Below are positions 15,136 to 25,077 of a DNA stretch of 29,786 nt, piece after piece. Made by a program: the position numbers and the translations under genes. Each line of letters opens with the position of its first letter. Within the stretch, counting starts at the first letter, position 1. Under the pieces are notes generated by a model. The model worked only from the letters and a program-made list of their open reading frames with translations. It did no database searches and was not told where the DNA came from. The stretch is from an uncultured Syntrophomonas sp. (lineage in GTDB: Bacteria > Bacillota > Syntrophomonadia > Syntrophomonadales > Syntrophomonadaceae), in the NCBI GenBank assembly GCA_964510795.1, contig CAZEDT010000034.1:10905-40690 (forward strand), written 5' to 3'.

Positions 15136-15493
15136 AACTAGCCTCCATATTAATTGATGAGTATTGAATGAATAGCTCTAAAAATAAATGTGCTACAATT
15201 TAGTATATGCTATTTTATGTATTTTCGACATCATTTATTAAGTGTATTACTCATATAAGAAATACCTTAGCAGGCTGTTTATTCTATATCAGCTAAGCTT
15301 ATATACTGCAATTAATAAAAAAAGCTTATTATCTTTATATGGGTCTACCAGAACTATTCCAATAAAGAAATAGTTCGCATAAAATACTGGAGTAAAATGT
15401 TGATTTTATTGTAAAGTTATTCAATTAACAGTCAGGTTGTAAGACATGGTATTATTGAAAGACTAGAAGTTATATTGTTTGGGGGAAAGTACT

Positions 15494-17287
15494 ATGAAAC
15501 GCTTAACCGATGCTGTTAAACGTATTTTATTGGGCCTATTTGCGGCCGTGGAGCGTTTTCCGCTAACTGTTGTATGCCTTAGCTGTGCCGCGGTATTGAT
15601 CTGTTACATGATTTCCTTGCACAAAGGGCCTGAACTATTTATCCAAAAACTAATGTTTACCTTTTTATTTGGTTCATTCCTTGGAATTGCTGCCCAGTTT
15701 ACTCATGAAAGGTTTGAACGCCTTTCCAAGCTGCGCTTGGCCGTCTATGGAATAGCTGCCGTTGTTACGGTAGGCTATTATTTGATTCTATGGCCTGCTC
15801 CCAATATCAGCTTTGAGGTGGTAATACGAACTATTGTAGCCGTTTTTGCTATGTTCTGTTTATCTTTATGGGTACCATCATACCAGGGCAGGTTTGATTT
15901 TAACTCCATTACCCTGATACATTTCAAAGCACTGTTGACCTCGGTACTCTATTCCGGGGTGCTTTCTGCTGGCTGTGCCGCTATTATCGCGTCCGTAGAT
16001 ACCCTTCTGTTCAACGTCAACAATGATGCTTACCCATATACGATGACTATCATCTGGGTGTTGTTTGCTACGATTTATTATTTATCACTGTTACCCCGCT
16101 TCAATTCTGAAGATGTTACCGAACGTGAATATGCTGAGCATATGGGGGATTATCCCCGTTTCCTGGAAATACTGATTTCCTATATTGCTATTCCACTTTT
16201 AACTGTCTATACTCTGGTCCTGGCGGCTTATTTTGTGAAAATACTGGTGACCTGGAACTGGCCTTCTGGGCAGCTAGGAGTCATGGTATTGGCTTATGCT
16301 GCGGCCGGACTGACCGTATATGTTCTGGCCAGCCGGCTTGAAAACCGCTTCGCTGGTCTGTATCGGATGATTTTTCCCAAGGTACTCATTCCGGTTGTTA
16401 TTATGCAACTTACCTCGGTGGCCATTCGTTTAAATGCCTATGGGGTTACCGAGTCTCGTTATTATGTCACTCTCTTCGGGATATTCTCTATTGTCTGCGG
16501 CCTATTCCTAAGCTTCAAGCCAGTATCCAAAAACGGTATAATTGCACTGCTGGCGGCTGGATTTGCAGTCTTTTCAGTTATACCGCCAGTCGATGCCTTC
16601 ACGGTATCTAGGGTCAGTCAGGTAACCCGGCTGGAAAAAATGCTAGTTGCCGAAGGCGTGCTGGTTGACGGAAAACTGAGTCCCAAAGCAGATGTATCTA
16701 TGAAGTTAAAGGCCGAGTCCACCAGCATACTTTCTTACCTGGATAATCGCAATTATATTAAATCTGTAAAATGGCTGCCACAAAATTTTAATAGCTATGA
16801 GGATATGAAAAGTACTCTGGGTTTTGAACCATCCTATGTCGATAATGATATTAAAAATTTCTATGCCAGCCTCGATATGCAGAAACCTTTTAATATAAGC
16901 GGTTATGATATTTGTGTGAGCAGATTTTGGAACAGCATGAATAAGGGCAATCAGCCTGTTACTGACTTTGAGGTGCGGGGAGTAAAATACCAGCTGGTAT
17001 TTACAGACATAGAGTCAGGTGACGTACGCGTAGCCATAAAAAATGTAGACGGAGTTGAACTGGTGGGTACAGGGATAAATGACTTTGTTAAGTTGCTTAC
17101 CGGAACCAGCAATACGCCTAAAGAGGCTCTTTCCCCCGAAACCATGACTTTGGATGTGGTGAAGGATGGCTATAAACTGCGTATAATCTTCCAAAATGTA
17201 AATGTCACCTATGGCACTGAATCAGAAACAGGCGTTAACTATGACTATTCTGTCTGGGTGTTGTTTGGGTCCCCAAACACACCATAA
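15494..17287 (+). CDS. Large polytopic membrane protein with a soluble C-terminal domain (possibly DUF4153-like)
   Basis: At least 10 hydrophobic spans fill the first ~380 aa, followed by ~200 aa of hydrophilic, beta-rich sequence. I prefer the ATG at 15494, which follows GGGGGAAAG, over the TTG at 15479. The family assignment is tentative. Confidence 0.75.
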   Translation: MKRLTDAVKRILLGLFAAVERFPLTVVCLSCAAVLICYMISLHKGPELFIQKLMFTFLFGSFLGIAAQFTHERFERLSKLRLAVYGIAAVVTVGYYLILWPAPNISFEVVIRTIVAVFAMFCLSLWVPSYQGRFDFNSITLIHFKALLTSVLYSGVLSAGCAAIIASVDTLLFNVNNDAYPYTMTIIWVLFATIYYLSLLPRFNSEDVTEREYAEHMGDYPRFLEILISYIAIPLLTVYTLVLAAYFVKILVTWNWPSGQLGVMVLAYAAAGLTVYVLASRLENRFAGLYRMIFPKVLIPVVIMQLTSVAIRLNAYGVTESRYYVTLFGIFSIVCGLFLSFKPVSKNGIIALLAAGFAVFSVIPPVDAFTVSRVSQVTRLEKMLVAEGVLVDGKLSPKADVSMKLKAESTSILSYLDNRNYIKSVKWLPQNFNSYEDMKSTLGFEPSYVDNDIKNFYASLDMQKPFNISGYDICVSRFWNSMNKGNQPVTDFEVRGVKYQLVFTDIESGDVRVAIKNVDGVELVGTGINDFVKLLTGTSNTPKEALSPETMTLDVVKDGYKLRIIFQNVNVTYGTESETGVNYDYSVWVLFGSPNTP

Positions 17288-17397
17288 AATACCTTAGGTA
17301 TTGACACACGGAACACATGCAGGAGCCTAATTGGTGAACGAAATCAATAAGGAAGTAACCGCTTTTTATGTCGCGGTTATTAAAAAAACAAATTATA

Positions 17398-17431
17398 GAC
17401 CGCCTTGCTTAAAGGCGGTCGCACTATTTTT
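17398..17431 (+). terminator. Probable terminator after the membrane-protein gene
   Basis: GACCGCCTT (17398-17406), loop GCTTA, AAGGCGGTC (17412-17420), then GCACTATTTTT. Confidence 0.5.
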
Positions 17432-17587
17432 CGCACCTAAAATACAGGAAAATAACTCCCGCGATTACCCGGCCAAAACAAGATCAATTCACACAGCTTC
17501 TGTGGCCTGTTTACTTATCTTTGATATTTTTAAGCAAGGGCGAGAAACTATAGAGGCAAGAATTTATGATTATTGGAGGAAACAATA

Positions 17588-18493
17588 GTGGCAATCGGTT
17601 ATGCATGTATTCCTCTGGGGTTAAACGATGGCGGAATGAGGGGCTGCATCCTGAAAAATGCCAGTCCTGAGCGGCTGGATCAGATTACGAATACCAACCT
17701 GCAAACGCTGAACCGGGTATTGGATTACAATGCCACCCATGCAATCAAATTGTTTCGCATCAGCTCTGATATAATCCCTTTTGGCTCTCACCCGGACATT
17801 CAGAATACCTGGTGGATTAGCCATGCCGAAGTACTGCAGAAAACAGGAGAAAAAATAAGGCATCTGAATATGCGCGTTTCCATGCATCCCGGTCAGTACA
17901 CCGTACTTAATGCTTTGGATCAAGATATAGTGAAACGGGCGGTGGCCGACTTGGAATACCACGCACGCTTTTTGGATGCCCTGGGGTTAGATGCCCGACA
18001 TAAAATCATAATTCACCTGGGTGGAGTATATGGCGACCCACAGCAATCTGCTGCTCGTTTTGAGAAGAACTTTGAACTCCTGTCGCTTAAGGTCCGGCGG
18101 CGCCTGGTGATAGAAAATGATGAGAAATATCATATCTCCGAGGTACTGCATTTAGCCAGAAAGCTAGGAATTCCTGCGGTAATCGACGTCTTCCATCACC
18201 AGTGTTATCCTGCACCCGGCGGGAAAGACGTATATCAGTGGCTGGACGACTGTCGCCAGACCTGGCAGCCTGAGGACGGCATTCAGAAGATCCACTATTC
18301 CCAGCAGGAACCTGGTTTACGCGCAGGGGCACATGCCCACAGCATTCAACTGCAGCCATTCCTGGATTTTTACGACCAATTACCGGCCCAGCCGCTGGAT
18401 ATCATGCTGGAATGCAAGGACAAAGACCTCTCAGCCATCAAATGCCTACTGGCTGTTAATAATATGGCCGCCGAAGACATGTGGAAATTATAG
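17588..18493 (+). CDS. uvsE: UV damage endonuclease (UvdE/UvsE)
   Basis: IGYACI.LG........ opens the protein, followed by LFRISSDIIPFGSHP, SMHPGQYTVLN, IIIHLGGVYGD......RF..N, LVIENDEK, V.DVFHH and IMLECKDKD. All of these match UvsE blocks I recall from Bacillus. The GTG at 17588 lies 8 nt after GGAGG. Confidence 0.9.
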   Translation: MAIGYACIPLGLNDGGMRGCILKNASPERLDQITNTNLQTLNRVLDYNATHAIKLFRISSDIIPFGSHPDIQNTWWISHAEVLQKTGEKIRHLNMRVSMHPGQYTVLNALDQDIVKRAVADLEYHARFLDALGLDARHKIIIHLGGVYGDPQQSAARFEKNFELLSLKVRRRLVIENDEKYHISEVLHLARKLGIPAVIDVFHHQCYPAPGGKDVYQWLDDCRQTWQPEDGIQKIHYSQQEPGLRAGAHAHSIQLQPFLDFYDQLPAQPLDIMLECKDKDLSAIKCLLAVNNMAAEDMWKL

Positions 18494-18511
18494 AAGACGG
18501 GGGACAACTTT

Positions 18512-18943
18512 TTACATTTCCGGGCCTTTTCCAATGATCATTTTACCGTGAAAATATTTGCGGTGAATATCCGACGCCTGCTCTAGCCATTTTCCTAGTC
18601 CCTGTTCTTTTATAAAACACAGGTTAAATATTTTAAGGTTGTGTGGAATGGTGCTTGCCATGTCTGCTGCCGGGTTCAGGTTGGCACAGGGAAAATCTGA
18701 ACACTCAAAACAAAAATCTACCTTCCGCTCTATTGTACAAACATAGGTAGCACATTTATCCTTGATAACCGGACAATTACCATCCACAGCCCGGCAACCC
18801 GGACAGGGGACCGACTCCTGCTTATAACCCTTGGCTAACAAAGCCTCAAGGATAGCCGGGTTATCTTTAGCCCGATACATTACACATTCACCGCAATAAA
18901 TACCGCAGGGAGCGGCTACATGATGATTATTGCTTTCAGCCAT
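18512..18943 (-). CDS. Cysteine-rich DUF3795-like protein
   Basis: The start is at MAESNNHH (ATG 18943-18941), 8 nt after GGAGGT. The Cys pattern is CGIYCGEC...CPGC....C.....C....C......C.EC..FPC. The longer track ORF adds 59 residues that translate an AT-rich leader. Confidence 0.75.
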   Translation of the reverse strand: MAESNNHHVAAPCGIYCGECVMYRAKDNPAILEALLAKGYKQESVPCPGCRAVDGNCPVIKDKCATYVCTIERKVDFCFECSDFPCANLNPAADMASTIPHNLKIFNLCFIKEQGLGKWLEQASDIHRKYFHGKMIIGKGPEM

Positions 18944-19086
18944 AACAATACCTCCAATTAACGATAAGCTGTTGTTTTGGATTATTCGGCATAATAATAT
19001 GTAGCTCCTGCCTAAATCGGATATAAATGTGGGGTTTTTAGTGCAAATATGGATGGAGATATAGAAATAAAATGTTATGACGGTAC

Positions 19087-19136
19087 GGAAAATAACCGGG
19101 TGACTTAACGTTGGATCCAATGTTAAGTCACCCGGT
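19087..19136 (-). terminator. Terminator after the acyl-CoA synthetase gene: a long near-perfect palindrome
   Basis: ACCGGGTGACTTAAC (19095-19109) pairs with GTTAAGTCACCCGGT (19122-19136). The loop TTGGATCCAA is itself palindromic. On the minus strand the hairpin is followed by TTATTTTCC. Confidence 0.7.
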
Positions 19137-19174
19137 CTGCCAGTTTACTTGTTCGGAGAAGCTCTTACCTGGGC

Positions 19175-20764
19175 TTAGGATATAAATTTATCGTGGCCTT
19201 CCCAGTATTTCTTTCTCAGCTCTCTTTTCAGCATTTTACCTACTGCATTGCGGGGGATTAGATCAATATATTCTACCGACTTAGGTACTTTGAAACCAGC
19301 CAGACGTTGGCGGCAGAATTCAATTATCTCATCTTCACTTACAGAATAGCCTGACTTTAGGGCGACTATAGCCTTGACAGATTCACCCCATTTTTCATCG
19401 GGTACGCCAATAACTCCAGCATCGGCAATTCCTTCAATTTGCAGCAAGACACCCTCAATTTCGGCTGGATAAATATTGGTTCCGCCACTGACAATCATGT
19501 CTTTGGCCCGATCAACCAGATAAATATAACCGTCTTCATCCATGCGCGCCATATCACCTACGGTGCCCCACTCGTGGTCCAGGAAGGCTTCCTCGGTACC
19601 GGCTTCATTATTCCAGTATCCGTCCCATAATTGCGGACTGCGTCCATAGAGGTTACCAACTTCACCCTGTTTAACTTCCTGCCCGTTTTCGCCTACTACT
19701 TTTAATTCCATGTCAAACATGGCTTTGCCTATGCTGTTGGCTTTACCCTGTTTAAGCCATTCGTCAGCGGTGATCCGGGTTACAAAGCCCAGTTCAGAGC
19801 AGCCCAGCATGTTCGAGCATTCCGCATCCTTGAAGTTGTCGTACATTTTTTGAAAGATAGTAGTATGCATGGGAGCGCCGCAGGCCACCGCCTGTCTTAC
19901 CGATGACAGGTCATACTTGGACAAGGTTTCAGCCGGTAAAGATAACATCCAATCATACATAATAGGTACCATAAAGACACAGCTGGGGCGGTAGGTATCG
20001 ATGATCCGCAGGGTATTTTCAGGGATAAAAACGGGGACTACCAAGAGAGTTCCGCCTACCAGAAGGGTAGAGAACATATATCCGGCGGTAGCCGCTGCAT
20101 ACAGCGGAGCAACGATTAAGAAAGTGTCATCGCGGCGTAGTCCCATCTCGGTTATGGTTGCAATGCCCATATTATAATCACAATACATAGTCCGGGCAGC
20201 CCCTTTAGGGAGACCGGTTGTGCCGGAGGTATAGAAAAGCAGGTGCAGGTCGTCGGGTAATACCTCTACATCCGGCTCCTGGCTGCCTCCACTGGCCAGA
20301 AAAGCTTCGTAGGATAGGGCTCCTTCGGCTTCTCCATCGATAAGAATGATATGTTTTAACTGGGGAATTTTATCTTTGATCGATAATATCACGTCCAGTT
20401 GTTCTTTTTGGACAAACATGGCTGAGGCCCCACAATTATTGATTTGGTAGGCAATTTCATCTCCGGTTAATCGGTAATTGCCCAAAGTCATTGGAATTGA
20501 AGCCATATTGACAGCAACTATAATTTCTATGTATTCGAAGCAATTGGGCATATAGCTGATAACTCGGTCAGTTTTCTTTATGCCCAAGTCCAGTAAGGCA
20601 TTAGCCAGCTTAGTGCAGCGGTCCCACATTTCCTTATAGGTTTCTGATCTATCTTCGGTCTTGATCGCAACTTGTTGAGGATGCTTGATTACATGTCCCC
20701 TTATGGTGCTGATGTTATTGCTGCTAAGGCTTGTTTTTCCTGTTTTTTTGCCTGGAAAATCCAT
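19175..20764 (-). CDS. AMP-dependent acyl-CoA synthetase/ligase (class I adenylate-forming enzyme)
   Basis: Contains the YTSGTTGLPKGA (A3/P-loop) motif, GYG.TE-type and YGRSPQL.DGYW blocks, GD....DEDGY.Y..DR.KD and a C-terminal GK..K. The substrate is not inferable. Confidence 0.9.
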   Translation of the reverse strand: MDFPGKKTGKTSLSSNNISTIRGHVIKHPQQVAIKTEDRSETYKEMWDRCTKLANALLDLGIKKTDRVISYMPNCFEYIEIIVAVNMASIPMTLGNYRLTGDEIAYQINNCGASAMFVQKEQLDVILSIKDKIPQLKHIILIDGEAEGALSYEAFLASGGSQEPDVEVLPDDLHLLFYTSGTTGLPKGAARTMYCDYNMGIATITEMGLRRDDTFLIVAPLYAAATAGYMFSTLLVGGTLLVVPVFIPENTLRIIDTYRPSCVFMVPIMYDWMLSLPAETLSKYDLSSVRQAVACGAPMHTTIFQKMYDNFKDAECSNMLGCSELGFVTRITADEWLKQGKANSIGKAMFDMELKVVGENGQEVKQGEVGNLYGRSPQLWDGYWNNEAGTEEAFLDHEWGTVGDMARMDEDGYIYLVDRAKDMIVSGGTNIYPAEIEGVLLQIEGIADAGVIGVPDEKWGESVKAIVALKSGYSVSEDEIIEFCRQRLAGFKVPKSVEYIDLIPRNAVGKMLKRELRKKYWEGHDKFIS

Positions 20765-20918
20765 TCTTGTACCCCCCTTTTTTATAAGTCATGATAAATC
20801 GTAATTCAAACTCAGGTATACTAACTACCAATCCTCCCTTAAATTTTTTTGGCATCATCCGAATAAATCAACCAATAAGTTATTGGCAAGATTTCATAGA
20901 AACACAGCTGACGCTTAT

Positions 20919-22538
20919 CTATTTTTTGGCCTCTTCCATAGCTAGAAGTGCCTTCCGGTCAGGTTTTCCCACTGAGGTTCGGGGGAGTTCACTGATAAAC
21001 TTGACATATTTCGGTATTTTATAGGGTGCCAGATCTTTTCGGCAGTAGGTAATTAACTCATCTTCAGTCATTTTGCTGCCGGCTTTACAAACCACGAAGA
21101 CCTTAATGCTCTGCCCTCGCTTCTCGTCTGCCACACCTATGGCACAGGTTTCCAGTATAGCGGGATGTCCATGCAGTACTTCATCTATTTCCCGGGGATA
21201 AACATTAAAACCACTGCTTATTACCATGTCTTTTTTGCGATCAACAATGCTTATGTATCCGTCTTCGTCTATTGTCACTATATCACCCGTATAGAGCCAA
21301 CCATCCCGCAATTCACCAATGCCAGCTGAGGAGTTCTGCCAGTATCCCTTCATTACTTGAGGTCCTCGGGCAATCAGTTCACCAGGTTCACCCGGCGGCA
21401 TATCTGTGGTTCCGCTTTCCAGGTCGACGATTCTTATCTCCACATCTGGCCAGGGTATACCTACCGTGCCAATCTTTTGCTGTTTATAAACGGGATTGCA
21501 ACAGAGAACGTTCGAGCTTTCAGCCAGGCCATAACCTTCAATTATCCTGCATCCTGATAGTTGTTCGAATTTATTGAGTACATCGAGGGGCAATGGGGAG
21601 GCGCCACAAATTACACTGATTAATGAACTGAGCTTGGACTGGAGGGTTGCGGGGTGATTATTAAGCCCGATAATCATAGCTGGTACCATCGAGGTTAGGT
21701 TAGGTTTACTTTCGTCTATAGCTCCGAGGATATTTTCGCTGGAGGGTTGCGCCACAAGGATAACGGTTCCGGCGTAAAACATGCTCAGGTTGAGGCTGCA
21801 ATTGAATCCCTGAGTGTGATATAGGGGGATAAGGGCCAGGACTTTAAGATATTCGACTTGTTTCATAAGGGGATAATACCAGTTGCCGTCCTGGTAGGAT
21901 ATTGCTGTCAGATTAAAATTGCTTAGCGCACAACCTCTAGGTACCCCGGTAGTTCCGCCGGTGTATTGCAGCATAGCAATATCATCTGAATTAATTAATA
22001 TGTCGGGTTCCTTATCTTCGCCTGAAGCCATGATTTCATCGAAACTGTATATACCAGTGTGCACCGACATCAGTGGGGCTGGAATCTGCACCACGATAAC
22101 CGTTTTTATGGCAGTATGACCGTTCTTTAATATTTCAATAGCCTTATCAGCATAAGGAGCCATTACCACAACTGTTTCAGTTCCACTATCCTTAAACTGG
22201 AAAGTTAATTCCTTTACAGTATATAATGGATTTGCTGGAACCAATATGGCTCCTAATTTGAAGCAGGCCTGAGTGGTAATTAAGAACTGAGGAATGTTAA
22301 GCATCATTAAACCGACCCGGTCACCCTTCTTAACACCCAGTTTCACTAAACCATTAGCCAGTTTGCGGGCCATAGAATTGGCTTGGCTGTAGCTTATTTC
22401 TAGTTCCTTAAAAATGATATAGGGCCGGTCTGGATAGGCTCCGGCATTACGATTGAAAAAATCTTTTAGTGGGAGCCGGGGATAGTCCAGGTGCGAAGGA
22501 ACTCCATCGTCATACCATTTAAGCCAGCTTTTTTCCAC
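20919..22538 (-). CDS. Acyl-CoA synthetase, FadD-like (paralogue of 25078-26703)
   Basis: Contains W..YD.GVP...DYPR.P.KDFFN, QYTGGTTGVPRGC, EGYGL.E.S, GWLYTGDI...DEDGYI.IVDRKKD and PRT.VGK. Confidence 0.9.
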   Translation of the reverse strand: MEKSWLKWYDDGVPSHLDYPRLPLKDFFNRNAGAYPDRPYIIFKELEISYSQANSMARKLANGLVKLGVKKGDRVGLMMLNIPQFLITTQACFKLGAILVPANPLYTVKELTFQFKDSGTETVVVMAPYADKAIEILKNGHTAIKTVIVVQIPAPLMSVHTGIYSFDEIMASGEDKEPDILINSDDIAMLQYTGGTTGVPRGCALSNFNLTAISYQDGNWYYPLMKQVEYLKVLALIPLYHTQGFNCSLNLSMFYAGTVILVAQPSSENILGAIDESKPNLTSMVPAMIIGLNNHPATLQSKLSSLISVICGASPLPLDVLNKFEQLSGCRIIEGYGLAESSNVLCCNPVYKQQKIGTVGIPWPDVEIRIVDLESGTTDMPPGEPGELIARGPQVMKGYWQNSSAGIGELRDGWLYTGDIVTIDEDGYISIVDRKKDMVISSGFNVYPREIDEVLHGHPAILETCAIGVADEKRGQSIKVFVVCKAGSKMTEDELITYCRKDLAPYKIPKYVKFISELPRTSVGKPDRKALLAMEEAKK

Positions 22539-22803
22539 AACAATTCGCCCTTTCTTATCACAATTATTTTAATGAGTGGAGTAACTTGCTAATGTCATGC
22601 GTTTTTGCAATATTATATTTATATTTGTTGATAATTACTGAATCAAGACACTTTCTCTTAGCTGTATTTTAACACAGCTAAATATAATTTAATAGTAACA
22701 AAAGGCTGGATAGTTGGCTATAATATAATGTGACGGTAACAGAATGATTTAAGAGTAACATTATTACTTTATAACATATAGAAATATGTAGGAGTTGTTT
22801 TAT

Positions 22804-23796
22804 GTGGCACAAGCCAAAATGTTGAACCGTGATGCCATTACGTCATTTTTTTTGTGGGGCAAGCCGAATCGAGGATATCGTTGGGCTGAACGTAAAGAAA
22901 TTGAGCAGGGACTTAATGTGGAATCACTTAACACCGTAGAAGGCCCATTTATGGTCGAAGACAGAAGCTCATTAAATTACGTTTTATATCACCCCTTGGA
23001 GGAGGAACCTACGCTCTTCTTGAAGTTTGCTGCCTGCGGGTCTGAACTTCAAGCCGTCCTGGACTTTGCGAACCGTTATGGCTGCTTGCGGGAGACTTCG
23101 ACTGATTCTCAGTTCAGAATGGTACGGCATTTTTTTATGGCGGATTTTTCATTGGTTAGAAAGCGTTTCCCGCTTAGATACGAATATGAGCTTGACTCAT
23201 TGGACTTCTGGCGTAATGAGATTAAGGATATGAAGAAAACCGTGCAGATCTGGGAATGGTTAAACGATCGCAATGAAAGCCAATTAGAACAGCTTATCAA
23301 ATGGAAAGAGACTGATTCTGATTTTATTCAACCTTTTATTGAGTGGGATTCCGAATTTATCGCAAGCTCTAACAATCATGGCGGCTCGGATTCCACGTTT
23401 GCAGAAGCATTTACCCAGGGAGACACTTATTCTCTATATTCTCCTTTGGGGGATTATTCCTGTTTCGTACCGGGAGATGTATTCCTGCCTGCCCGATATT
23501 TAATTCAAAATCGCATTAACGAGAAATTAATACGTTTCCCCAGTTATATTCAACTAGCCAGCGATGATGAAGGCAATATAATTAATTGTGTTCAACCCCG
23601 CAATCTGCTGGCTGCTATGTGGCTGCAGTTTTTTGCGGTAATCAGTGGTACTAAAAAAGTAAAAAAATGTTCTGTGTGTGGAGACTGGGAGGATGTAAGC
23701 AATAACCGTTCAACCTGGACCAAACACCCGGAATGCGCTGCTCGTGAGAAAACTGCCCGTTATCGGCAAAAAAAACAGATTGATAGCAGCGAGTAA
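22804..23796 (+). CDS. Hypothetical protein with a C-terminal CxxC...HPEC zinc-ribbon-like tail and a basic end
   Basis: This is a long ORF flanked by AT-rich spacers, and I recognise no family. The start is uncertain. GTG 22804 (9 nt after AGGAG) or ATG 22819 are both better placed than the track TTG at 22795. The tail reads KKCSVCGDWEDVSNNRSTWTKHPECAAREKTARYRQKK. Confidence 0.6.
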   Translation: MAQAKMLNRDAITSFFLWGKPNRGYRWAERKEIEQGLNVESLNTVEGPFMVEDRSSLNYVLYHPLEEEPTLFLKFAACGSELQAVLDFANRYGCLRETSTDSQFRMVRHFFMADFSLVRKRFPLRYEYELDSLDFWRNEIKDMKKTVQIWEWLNDRNESQLEQLIKWKETDSDFIQPFIEWDSEFIASSNNHGGSDSTFAEAFTQGDTYSLYSPLGDYSCFVPGDVFLPARYLIQNRINEKLIRFPSYIQLASDDEGNIINCVQPRNLLAAMWLQFFAVISGTKKVKKCSVCGDWEDVSNNRSTWTKHPECAAREKTARYRQKKQIDSSE

Positions 23797-24021
23797 AGAA
23801 AGCCAACAACCATATTTTCTCAAGGGATGCATCTAGGGGGTTCCGGGTGGATTTATTCTTCTGTAATTAGTGAAAGAAAGATTAAGCTGCAATCGTAATA
23901 TGTGCTGAAACCAAAATTCACGATTCCGCGGCAATGAATGATTGATGGGAGTAGTATGGATTAGCATGGTAGGTTGTTGAAGCATAACTGAATTATTTTA
24001 TTTAAAGTACAGGAGGCAATA

Positions 24022-25029
24022 ATGAAAGCTACTAAAAAAATCCTAGCACTTGCAACAATTTGTACAGTTTTGACAGTGAGCGCTCCCGTTTATGCAGAAA
24101 CTATACCGACTAAAGCAAAAGACTTGGGGGTTGTTTCTACCCAGATGGTGAACCCGGTGTACTCCATTAATGTTAATGGAGAATATATAAAAAATGCCCA
24201 TGTCTATGTATCTGAAGATCGAGTGATGATTCCGCTGCGACAGGTTTTCGAAAGACTGGGTTTTAAGGTTAATTGGAACGATAAAACTAAAATGATTGCC
24301 CTAGAGAAAATGCCGGTCTACATAACCTTATTTGCGGGTGCTGACGGATATACATTCGCTAAAACGGCCCCCCTAAAGTTAGGGAAGGCTCCAGAAATAA
24401 TTAACGGAGTAACTTACGTGCCGGTGGAAATAATGAGTGAGATTTTAAAGGCTGAACTGAAAGTGCAAACCAACGGAGCCATAAGCATATCATATCCGGA
24501 AAAAGCCCCGCTGCCGTTTGTAAAAGCGAACATTAGCAGCGTTGCCAACACTACTGTAACCATTACTGATCCCCAGCGGGGGGAGGTAGTGTTAAATGTT
24601 AATGCTGCTACCGTCATTGAGGATAAGGATGGCAAGGCAGTTAAAATTGATGCTTTGAAAAAGGGCATGTCGATCGAGGTACAATACTCTCCGATTATGA
24701 CCGCGAGTATGCCCGCGCAGAACAGTCCGGTGAAAATCAAGATTAGCCAGCCTGCTGCGCCGGAAGAATCATCAGCTATAGAACTAAATTGCCAGGTAAC
24801 AGGTATCAATAATAATCAAATCACTGTTGCCCCGAGTGGTGCAGAAAGCACTGGGTATAATTCCGTAGTTCTCAATGTATCTGGAGATACTAAAATTACT
24901 GATGCTAAAGGTCAGACCGTATTATTAAGGGATATTAAGATCGGTATGAAATTGACGGTGAAACATTCACGGGCGATGACTATGAGTATTCCACCGCAAA
25001 CCCATGCTTTGGAAATAACCGTCCAGTAA
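24022..25029 (+). CDS. Secreted protein with a copper amine oxidase N-terminal-like (stalk) domain
   Basis: The SD is ACAGGAGG. A signal peptide is present (MKATKKILALATICTVLTVSAPVYA|E). The CuAO-N-like block is SINVNGEYIKN...YVSEDRVMIPLRQVFERLGFKVNWNDKTKMIAL. Two related beta-rich C-terminal segments follow (VVLNV...T.I.D..G..V.....K.GM...V.). Confidence 0.8.
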   Translation: MKATKKILALATICTVLTVSAPVYAETIPTKAKDLGVVSTQMVNPVYSINVNGEYIKNAHVYVSEDRVMIPLRQVFERLGFKVNWNDKTKMIALEKMPVYITLFAGADGYTFAKTAPLKLGKAPEIINGVTYVPVEIMSEILKAELKVQTNGAISISYPEKAPLPFVKANISSVANTTVTITDPQRGEVVLNVNAATVIEDKDGKAVKIDALKKGMSIEVQYSPIMTASMPAQNSPVKIKISQPAAPEESSAIELNCQVTGINNNQITVAPSGAESTGYNSVVLNVSGDTKITDAKGQTVLLRDIKIGMKLTVKHSRAMTMSIPPQTHALEITVQ

Positions 25030-25032
25030 ACC

Positions 25033-25066
25033 GCAGGGGACAAGGGTGCAGGCTCTTGTCCCCTGC
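25033..25066. terminator. Strong hairpin between convergent genes (possible bidirectional terminator)
   Basis: GCAGGGGACAAG (25033-25044) pairs perfectly with CTTGTCCCCTGC (25055-25066) over 12 bp with a 10-nt loop. There is no clear U-run on either side. Confidence 0.5.
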
Positions 25067-25077
25067 ATTAGGCATTA

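Noticed and set aside
17331-17588. The 85-aa ORF between the membrane-protein gene and uvsE
   Set aside because: It spans two hairpins (including the likely terminator) and the uvsE ribosome-binding site. It has no SD and no recognisable domain.
18944-19120. The 59-residue N-terminal extension of the DUF3795-like ORF
   Set aside because: The extension translates an AT-rich leader (FYFYISIHICTK...). A strong SD sits just before the internal ATG at 18943, where the Cys-rich domain begins.
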